A stretch of DNA of 64,000 nt from NCBI GenBank assembly GCA_964631725.1, contig CAZVYX010000027.1, positions 1,624 through 65,623 of the forward strand. The letters are read 5' to 3'. The stretch is from an uncultured Rhodospirillaceae bacterium. GTDB lineage: Bacteria; Pseudomonadota; Alphaproteobacteria; GCA-2731375. Below, one piece after another: positions 57,599-64,000 of this stretch (within the stretch, counting starts at the first letter, position 1; every line of letters begins with the position of its first letter). A model generated the notes under the pieces. It did no database searches, was not told the DNA's origin, and saw only the letters and a program-made list of their open reading frames with translations. The translations under genes and the position numbers were made by a program.

Positions 57599-58486
57599 CT
57601 ATTTGTCGAGAATCTCGTGGACAATGCCGGAATCAAGCAATTCTCTTTGGGTCGGGTACCAGATTTCTTCATGCGAGGATTTGAAGACGCTATCTAGGAA
57701 ATGCCCGGCTATTCCTTGCTGCCGATAGAATTCAATCTCTTTCTTCATTTCACCTTCGAGATCAAATAGCGGCAGCGGAAACCTAAGTTCCAAACCATAT
57801 TGATGAAATCCGAGCTTGGCCTGATCGCCCATGCTTCTTCTTATCCCGCCGATGAAGGCCGTGGCACAGGCCGATTTGCAGACGCCATGGATGTAGGTGT
57901 TGAGCCCGCGGGCCTTGATCAGATGTGCCGTTCCGCGCCCCTCGTATACATGCCCACCATCACCGCTCAGGACAACTTCCGTAACCTTTGGGTTTTGGCT
58001 GAGTATGGCCGATAGTTTTTCCGTTATTCCAAGTGCGAAAATCCCGCTGATGTGGACCTGCTTGCCGTCCGGACTGATGACCAATGAATATTGTTTCGCG
58101 CGGTCTTCTTCCAGCTCGAGCGGATTTTCAATCTTGAATTTGTCCGGCGTCAACGCCTGAAAAGAGGAGAAAATGCTGAGCAGCGTAAAGACCAGGCTGG
58201 CGATAATCGCCATGTGCGCGGCCATTACCCAAACGTCTGAAAAGGCCCCGCCTTCAATCCGCCCCGTGGCCCTGAGGACACCGACGACCTGCCATGGATA
58301 GACAATGCCGTGGCAGAGGAAACAATAGATGATCGTTGCGGCCAATGCGTCCGACCGCTCGGAAACATACGGTGGCAGCACAAATTGGTCGGAAAACAAG
58401 ATTAGTGTTCGGAGCAAAACCAAATTCACACAGAGTGCCCAAGGCAATGAATGCTTTCCTTGCCAATGGTTCCGAACATAAGTCAT
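57599..58486 (-). CDS. membrane-anchored ClpP-class (S14/S49-like) serine-peptidase-like protein; low-GC gene
   Basis: N-terminal TM helices. C-domain SGDGGHVYEGRGTAHLI ... GVCKSACATAF resembles the ClpP INSPGG...GQAASMG regions. By eye, GC ~48% against ~64% background. Confidence 0.45.
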   Translation of the reverse strand: MTYVRNHWQGKHSLPWALCVNLVLLRTLILFSDQFVLPPYVSERSDALAATIIYCFLCHGIVYPWQVVGVLRATGRIEGGAFSDVWVMAAHMAIIASLVFTLLSIFSSFQALTPDKFKIENPLELEEDRAKQYSLVISPDGKQVHISGIFALGITEKLSAILSQNPKVTEVVLSGDGGHVYEGRGTAHLIKARGLNTYIHGVCKSACATAFIGGIRRSMGDQAKLGFHQYGLELRFPLPLFDLEGEMKKEIEFYRQQGIAGHFLDSVFKSSHEEIWYPTQRELLDSGIVHEILDK

Positions 58487-58495
58487 CTGACATTT

Positions 58496-58567
58496 ATACC
58501 AAGTTGCGGTGATAAAGACCCATATAGATCGTTTCAGGAGCCCCTCGGGTAGGAGTGGGAGCGCCGG
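58496..58567 (-). repeat. truncated second copy of the 260-bp repeat (TIR end only, ~70 bp conserved)
   Basis: ataccaagttgcggtgataaagacccatatagatcgtttcaggagcccctcgggtaggagtgg is the reverse complement of 19095-19157 with 1-2 mismatches. Confidence 0.7.
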
Positions 58568-58698
58568 CGATATTGCAATCGCGCTCACAGGGCAGGAGGC
58601 CACCTTCGGCCCAGCAGGGGCGGCATGGCGACGCCTCCCGGTGCGCCAACTGTCAGGTCAATACCGTCTCGGCACAGACATTCTTGTGCTGATGTTCT

Positions 58699-58805
58699 CC
58701 AGGAGCATGTTTCTTTCAAACATGCTCCTGCACTTAAGAGAAAGAGCAATTGAATCAATCACACGATTCGCGAAAGCGAATCCAATTGATTGAAAATTGC
58801 TCTAA
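58699..58805 (-). repeat. MITE-like repeat subtype A, copy A4 (ends degraded: ccag.../...ctaa)
   Basis: gagcatgtttctttcaaacatgctc + agagcaattgaatcaatcacacgattcgcgaaagcgaatccaattgattgaaaattgctct. Confidence 0.75.
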
Positions 58806-59554
58806 TAGGTCGCCCGGCCGCCCGATAGGTCGAACACGCCGCCGGTGGAAAAGCTGCAATCTTCCGAGGATAGCCAGGCGACCAGGGCCGCCGCCTCGTC
58901 GACCCGGCCCAGGCGGCCCATGGGGATACGCGACAGCATATAATCCACGTGCTCCTGGGTGATCTGGTCAAAGATCGCGGTGCGGATCGCCGCCGGGGTG
59001 ACGCAGTTGATGATCACGCCGGCCTCCGCCGTTTCCTTGGCCAATGACTTGGTCAGGCCGATCACGCCCGCCTTGGCGGCGGAATAGGCGCAGGCGTTGG
59101 GATTGCCCTCCTTGCCGGCGATCGAGGCGATGTTGACGATGCGGCCATAGCCATTGTCCATCATGTGCGAGATCAGGCTTTGGCAGCAGACGAACACCGC
59201 GTCCAGGTCCAGGTTCACCACTGACCGCCATTCGGCGTAGCTGTATTCCCAGCTTTTCTTGGCCGGGCCGGCGATGCCGGCGTTGCAGACCAGGATGTCG
59301 ATCTTGCCACGTGCGACGACGGCACTGTCGCGCGCGGCGGCGACCTGATCGGGATCCGTGACATCGACCTTGGCGCCGGTCAGGCCGTCGCCGGCATCGC
59401 ACGCCGCCAACTTGGCATCCAAATTGTCCTGGCTGATGTCCCACATAATCACGGACGCACCCGACGCCAGAAACCGCTCGGTGATGGAGCCGCCGATGCC
59501 GTCGGCGCCGCCGGTGACAATGGCCGTGCGGCCGTTCAAATCGATATTGTTCAT
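58802..59554 (-). CDS. SDR oxidoreductase (3-oxoacyl-ACP-reductase-like)
   Basis: VTGGADGIG...NAG...YSAAK. Confidence 0.8.
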   Translation of the reverse strand: MNNIDLNGRTAIVTGGADGIGGSITERFLASGASVIMWDISQDNLDAKLAACDAGDGLTGAKVDVTDPDQVAAARDSAVVARGKIDILVCNAGIAGPAKKSWEYSYAEWRSVVNLDLDAVFVCCQSLISHMMDNGYGRIVNIASIAGKEGNPNACAYSAAKAGVIGLTKSLAKETAEAGVIINCVTPAAIRTAIFDQITQEHVDYMLSRIPMGRLGRVDEAAALVAWLSSEDCSFSTGGVFDLSGGRATY

Positions 59555-59587
59555 CTTGCTACTCCAAATTCAATTCTTGGTCCCAAA

Positions 59588-60466
59588 TCAGCGCCTATCG
59601 CGCACGAATGGGAATATCCTGGTGAAATCGGCGCCGGGCTCGGCGGCGGTGAAGCGTTGCCAGATCGGCAACAGGTTGGTGCTGATGGTATTGGCGGTAC
59701 CGGCGTTGGCGACATTCTCCACATAGAGGGAGATATCCTTCAGGTACAGGGTATTGAGGAACTCCGCATCATAGGTTTCCGTCAGCACCCGGTTGGGAAA
59801 TTTGTCCGATGTCGCCGTGTTCTGCCCCGACGAGACATTCAGTACATCCAGCATAGTAGACATTTCCAGGCCCTGGGTCAGACCAAAGGCAATCGCTTCC
59901 GAGGTCGCCGTCAGCGCCAGGCCGGAAAGAAAATTGTTCAGCAACTTCATGGCCTGGGCCTGGCCCGGCTCCCCGCCCACATGAAAGGGCCGTTTCGACA
60001 TGGCTTGGAGCACCGGCAGCAGCGCCTCGAACTCAGCCTTCGGGCCGGCGAACATCAGGGCAATGGTGCCCGCCGCGGCACCCGCGATACCGCCCGAAAC
60101 CGGCGCATCCATATAGGCCAGGTCGGCGCCGGCCAGCCTGCCATGCACCGCCTTGGCGGCGGCGACGCCGATGGTCGAGGTATCGACGATGGTCGAAACG
60201 GCGCGCTGGTTGCTCTCGATGATCTCCTCCGCCACGGCGGCCGAGATCTCGCCATTGGGCAGGCTCAGGATAATGACATCCGCCGCCGCCGCCACGGCGC
60301 CGACCGAGGCGCCGATCGCCGCGCCTTCCGGTGCGCGCTCCTTGGTGCCGGCAACATCGAAACAAATCATCTCAAAACCGGCGGCGGCAACATTGGCGGC
60401 CATGCGGTTGCCCATGGCGCCGAGACCGATAAAGCCGACGACGGGCTGCTTCCCAGCCGTCATGCT
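59588..60466 (-). CDS. 3-hydroxyisobutyrate dehydrogenase / 2-hydroxy-3-oxopropionate reductase family (NAD-binding)
   Basis: Start MTAGKQPVVGFIGLGAMG at 60466. Confidence 0.75.
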   Translation of the reverse strand, partial: SMTAGKQPVVGFIGLGAMGNRMAANVAAAGFEMICFDVAGTKERAPEGAAIGASVGAVAAAADVIILSLPNGEISAAVAEEIIESNQRAVSTIVDTSTIGVAAAKAVHGRLAGADLAYMDAPVSGGIAGAAAGTIALMFAGPKAEFEALLPVLQAMSKRPFHVGGEPGQAQAMKLLNNFLSGLALTATSEAIAFGLTQGLEMSTMLDVLNVSSGQNTATSDKFPNRVLTETYDAEFLNTLYLKDISLYVENVANAGTANTISTNLLPIWQRFTAAEPGADFTRIFPFVRDRR

Positions 60467-60849
60467 CAGGTGCCTCCCTCGATATCGTCCAGCACCCGCC
60501 GGGCGATGCGGAAGGCCTCGACGCCTGCCGGCATGCCGCAATAGATGGCGATCTGTTCCAGCACGGTGCGCAATTCCTCCCTGCTACAGCCGTTATTGAT
60601 GGCGCCGCGAAAATGCAGTTCGAACTCCTGCGGCCGGTTCAGCGCCGCCAGCATGGCGATGTTGATCAGACTGCGGGTCTTTTTCTCCAAAGCCTCGTCG
60701 CCCCAGACGCCGCCCCAGGCAAATTCCGTTACCATCTCCTGAAAATGGCGGTTGAAGTCCGTGACATTGTTGATATTCCGGTTCACGTAGTCCTCGCCCA
60801 GAACCTCTTTTCTGATGCCCAGGCCTTTCTCGTACAGCGCCTCGTCCAT
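60466..60849 (-). CDS. carboxymuconolactone decarboxylase (PcaC-like CMD) family protein
   Basis: 127 aa from ATG at 60849. Contains the AINNGCSREEL motif. Confidence 0.7.
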   Translation of the reverse strand: MDEALYEKGLGIRKEVLGEDYVNRNINNVTDFNRHFQEMVTEFAWGGVWGDEALEKKTRSLINIAMLAALNRPQEFELHFRGAINNGCSREELRTVLEQIAIYCGMPAGVEAFRIARRVLDDIEGGT

Positions 60850-60957
60850 GTCCGCCTCGTCTATTGTTAAAAAACTGCCGCATACTACGCGCTCGGCATT
60901 TGATCTGGCCAGCGCTCTGCCCCATTCTGTGGCCAGAAAATTTGATGGGAGGTTTGA

Positions 60958-61725
60958 ATGGGTCGCGTAGCGAACAAGGTGGCATTGGTAACGGGCGGAT
61001 CTTCCGGCATCGGGCGCGCCACGGCGGAACTTCTGGCGCGGGAAGGCGCCACGGTGGTGTTGAGCGATCTGCAGGACGAAGCCGGGGCCGAAGCCGTCGC
61101 GGCGATCGTCGCGGCGGGCGGCAAGGCATCCTATCTCCACCACGATGTCACGGACGAGGCGGCCTGGAAAAGAATCATCGATACGGTGCTCGAGGATCAC
61201 GGTAGCTTGGACATCCTGGTCAACAATGCCGGTATCAGCGGCGGCAGCGGTGTGCCGGTGGAGGAGATTTCCCTGGAACAGTGGCGCGAAACATTGTCGG
61301 TCAATCTGGACGGCGTTTTTCTCGGCGTGAAGCATGGCGTTGCCGCCATGAAGGAAAGCGGCGGCTCGATCATCAATACCTCGTCCATTCTGGGTATCGT
61401 CGGCCTACCCCTGACCAGCGCCTATACCGCATCCAAGGGCGGCGTGCGTCTGTTGACCAAGGCCGTCGCCATGGAATGTGCGGCACGGGGCCTGAAGATC
61501 CGGGTCAACTCGGTGCATCCGGGCTTTATCGATACACCCATGGTGGGCGGGGCGATCCAGCGCGGCGGGCCGGAACGGCGGGAAATGATCCTAAACTCCC
61601 AGCCCACGGGTGAAATGGGCCAGCCGGAGGATATCGCCGAAGGTATTCTGTATCTGGCCTCGGACGCGGCGAAGTTCGTCACGGGCAGCGAATTGGTCAT
61701 CGACGGCGGCTATCTGGCCCGCTAA
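60958..61725 (+). CDS. SDR oxidoreductase
   Basis: VTGGSSGIG...NNAG...YTASK. Confidence 0.85.
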   Translation: MGRVANKVALVTGGSSGIGRATAELLAREGATVVLSDLQDEAGAEAVAAIVAAGGKASYLHHDVTDEAAWKRIIDTVLEDHGSLDILVNNAGISGGSGVPVEEISLEQWRETLSVNLDGVFLGVKHGVAAMKESGGSIINTSSILGIVGLPLTSAYTASKGGVRLLTKAVAMECAARGLKIRVNSVHPGFIDTPMVGGAIQRGGPERREMILNSQPTGEMGQPEDIAEGILYLASDAAKFVTGSELVIDGGYLAR

Positions 61726-61745
61726 TCAAAAAAGGAAACAACATC

Positions 61746-62561
61746 ATGAGTGGACCTGAAACCTACGAAGTCTTTGCCATCCGCTACGGCAGCGTGGCGG
61801 AACGTTTGCGCCGGGACAATTTCATCATCGCCCCGGAGCATCCAACCGACCCGCACGACGGCAACATGCCTCTGGACTATTTCGTCTGGGCCATCGTCAA
61901 CGAAAACCGCACGATCGTGGTCGACACCGGTTTTGAGCGCACCGAGGGCGATCGGCGCGGGCGCACCATTACCCGTCTGCCCGCCGAAGGCCTGGAGATC
62001 ATCGGCATCGATGCCGCCAAGGTCGAAGATGTGATCATCACGCATCTGCATTATGACCATGCCGGCACCCTGGATGATTTTCCCGCCGCCAGGTTCCATC
62101 TCCAGGAATCAGAGATGCACTACGCCACCGGTAAGCATATGTGCCACGAACCCTTTGGCCATGCCTATGCCCCGGATCATGTTTGCACCATGGTGCGGCG
62201 GGTGTTCGATGGCCGGGTCGCCTTTCACGATGGCGCGGCGGAGCTGGCGCCGGGCATCTCGGTGCATTGGATCGGCGGCCATACCGCGGGCGTGCAATGC
62301 GTCCGCGTGCTGACCAAGCGCGGCTGGCTGGTCCTGGCCTCGGACGCGGCGCATTTCTACGAGAATATGGAGGCGACAGCGCCGTTTCCGATAGTTTATT
62401 CCGCCGCCGATATGGTCCAGGGCTATGCCACCATGCTCGGTCTGGCGGAGTCGGGAAAGCACGTTATTCCCGGCCACGATCCTTTAGTGATGCAGCGCTA
62501 TCCCGTCGCCAAGGAAGGCCAGGAGGACGTGATCCGTCTGGACGTTGCGCCGAGGGATTAG
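61746..62561 (+). CDS. MBL-fold AHL-lactonase-like hydrolase (second in window)
   Basis: HLHYDHAG motif; 271 aa. Confidence 0.75.
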   Translation: MSGPETYEVFAIRYGSVAERLRRDNFIIAPEHPTDPHDGNMPLDYFVWAIVNENRTIVVDTGFERTEGDRRGRTITRLPAEGLEIIGIDAAKVEDVIITHLHYDHAGTLDDFPAARFHLQESEMHYATGKHMCHEPFGHAYAPDHVCTMVRRVFDGRVAFHDGAAELAPGISVHWIGGHTAGVQCVRVLTKRGWLVLASDAAHFYENMEATAPFPIVYSAADMVQGYATMLGLAESGKHVIPGHDPLVMQRYPVAKEGQEDVIRLDVAPRD

Positions 62562-62671
62562 AGCAATATTCAATCAATTGGTTTCGCCTTGGCGATCCAA
62601 GCGATTGGTTCAATTGCTCTTTTCTTAAGAGTCCCAAGTATCTGGGCATATCTGGAAGAGACATGCTCTGG
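62558..62671 (+). repeat. MITE-like repeat subtype A, copy A5 (ttag.../...ctgg)
   Basis: agagcaatattcaatcaattggtttcgccttggcgatccaagcgattggttcaattgctct + an imperfect second hairpin. The lactonase TAG stop lies in the 5' end. Confidence 0.75.
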
Positions 62672-62682
62672 GCGCGGCGGGA

Positions 62683-62847
62683 TCAGTATTGTTCGCTGAT
62701 TTCCGGGCCTATTTCCGGCGCCGTGTAGGAATGGGATTCCTGGGCCGCCAACATCGTGGCGCCCACCAACAGCACAAATGCAAGGGCGACTTTTGTCCAA
62801 CGACGGTCGGTGTTTCTATCGTAAAGGGCGGCTTTTATCGCGGACAA
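62683..62847 (-). CDS. speculative small membrane/secreted protein (54 aa, TTG start)
   Basis: GAGGA lies 7 nt before the TTG. Product LSAIKAALYDRNTDRRWTKVALAFVLLVGATMLAAQESHSYTAPEIGPEISEQY has a positively charged N-region and one hydrophobic helix. Sits in an AT-richer spacer. Confidence 0.2.
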   Translation of the reverse strand: MSAIKAALYDRNTDRRWTKVALAFVLLVGATMLAAQESHSYTAPEIGPEISEQY

Positions 62848-63009
62848 CTGTTCAATCCTCGTGATGAATTCTGCATTGCGCTAGTGGCTACAGCCATAAT
62901 GTCCGCCAGCGGTAAATATGCCCTTAACGGAAAAGGTTAATTTGCGGCAAAATTGTAGTATTATGGAAAATTCAACCTGTGCGGGGAAGGTTTCTTTGGC
63001 GCCGCGGCC

Positions 63010-64000
63010 TCAGGCGCCCAGCCGGATTTCGTCCATTGCGGGCTGCGGCGCCAGCCGCTCCAGCTTCGCCACCACGGTGAAGATTTCGTCGGCGGCGACC
63101 GGCGGGCTGAAATAGAACCCTTGCGCGTACTGGCAACTGTTGGCGCGAAGAAACTGCAACTGCTCATCCGTCTCCACGCCTTCCGCCACTACGTGCAGAT
63201 CCAGATGCTGCGCCAGGGCGATCACGGTACGCACGATCGCGCCGTCGGATGCGTCATGGTTTACATCGCGCACGAAGGACCGGTCGATCTTCAGGGCATC
63301 CAGGGGGAACCGTTTCAGATAGGCCAGGGACGAATAGCCGGTGCCGAAATCATCAATGCTTACACGCACGCCGGCGGCGCTGAGGCGCCCCAGAATGCCG
63401 GCCGCAGCCTCCGGATCCTGCATAATCGAGCTTTCCGTCAGCTCCAGTTCCAGCAGGGAAGCATCCACGCCGGTCTTTTCGATCCAGCTTTGTACGTGAT
63501 CCAGCAGGTCATCCTGGCTGAATTGATGTGCCGACAGATTTACCGCAACACGCATGGTCGGCATGCCCAGGCGTTGCCATTCCGTGATCTGGTTGCAGGC
63601 CATGCCCAGGATCAGGTCGCCCAGCGGCGTCATGAGGCCCAATTCCTCCGCCAGGGGAATGAATTGATCCGGTTGGATCAAGCCGCGGTCGGGATTATTC
63701 CAGCGCACCAGCGCCTCCAGCCCGACGACCTCGCCATTGTTGAGATCGACTTGCGGCTGGTAGTACAACTCGAACTCCTGGTGTCGGATTGCCCGTTGCA
63801 GGGCGACGCCAAGCCCGATGCGGCGCAGGGCGGAGCTGTTCATGTCGGGGCGGTAAAATTGATAGCCTTGTCCGCCCGTCTGCTTCGCCTGGTACATGGC
63901 GGCATCGGACAGGCGCAACAAATCATCGGCGCCCTCGGCGTCATCGGGGAACAGTGCGATGCCTATGCTGGGCGATACGGTGGCGGCATTTTCGCCGATC
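63010..64000 (-). CDS. GGDEF-EAL c-di-GMP signalling protein (EAL domain complete, GGDEF C-terminus visible; runs off window end)
   Basis: EAL motifs (EALVRW, DDFGTGYSSL, EGVE). Reading continues upstream to the window end with GGDEF-type sequence (...SIGIALFPDD...). Confidence 0.8.
   Translation of the reverse strand, partial: IGENAATVSPSIGIALFPDDAEGADDLLRLSDAAMYQAKQTGGQGYQFYRPDMNSSALRRIGLGVALQRAIRHQEFELYYQPQVDLNNGEVVGLEALVRWNNPDRGLIQPDQFIPLAEELGLMTPLGDLILGMACNQITEWQRLGMPTMRVAVNLSAHQFSQDDLLDHVQSWIEKTGVDASLLELELTESSIMQDPEAAAGILGRLSAAGVRVSIDDFGTGYSSLAYLKRFPLDALKIDRSFVRDVNHDASDGAIVRTVIALAQHLDLHVVAEGVETDEQLQFLRANSCQYAQGFYFSPPVAADEIFTVVAKLERLAPQPAMDEIRLGA

Noticed and set aside
5840-62671. Could the dispersed repeats be a CRISPR array?
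   Set aside because: Copies are 4-24 kb apart, occur in both orientations and are ~100 bp with internal hairpins. There is no regular repeat-spacer periodicity and no cas genes.
62689-62940. 83-aa plus-strand ORF in the AT-rich spacer
   Set aside because: No RBS and odd composition. The opposite-strand small ORF (62683..62847) is the better, still speculative, candidate.

Overview
High-GC (~64%) chromosomal segment with alphaproteobacterial-type gene content. I call about 60 protein-coding genes. I saw no rRNA or tRNA genes and no CRISPR array.

The window opens with the 5' part of dnaN (minus strand) and ends inside a GGDEF-EAL gene (minus strand). Most of it is accessory catabolism: a run of acyl-CoA genes that resembles cyclohexanecarboxylate/alicyclic-acid beta-oxidation (BadH/BadI/AliA/AliB-like, with extra tandem acyl-CoA dehydrogenases), many SDRs, 2-hydroxyacid and Ldh2-family dehydrogenases, an M20 hydrolase, two tandem DUF1028 Ntn-hydrolases, a polyamine-type ABC transporter next to an M24/AstE/M24 trio (ectoine-hydrolase DoeA/DoeB-like), a Dyp peroxidase, gpsA and an amidase.

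The features I think most worth attention:

- An AhpD/CMD-family gene is split by an in-frame TGA exactly at the second Cys of the C-x-x-C-x-x-x-H redox motif (CYY-U-TTSH). This reads as a selenocysteine-containing AhpD-like protein. A candidate SECIS hairpin lies just downstream, and the gene sits directly after an AHL-lactonase-like MBL gene.
- A dense family of ~100-bp two-hairpin repeats with terminal CTAG. There are seven copies in two subtypes, plus a 260-bp structured repeat with 35-bp terminal inverted repeats and one truncated second copy. Two inverted B-type copies bracket a 4-gene block.
- An AsmA gene interrupted by a single in-frame amber codon.
- A 1096-aa SAM / class-III nucleotidyl-cyclase / STAND-NTPase / TPR signalling protein.
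- A secreted fusion of two EF-hands with an amidohydrolase-2 domain.
- A citrate-synthase-like protein with an N-terminal HTH, divergent from a citrate-synthase-family enzyme, with a palindromic operator between them.
- A low-GC gene for a membrane ClpP-class-peptidase-like protein, flanked by repeats.
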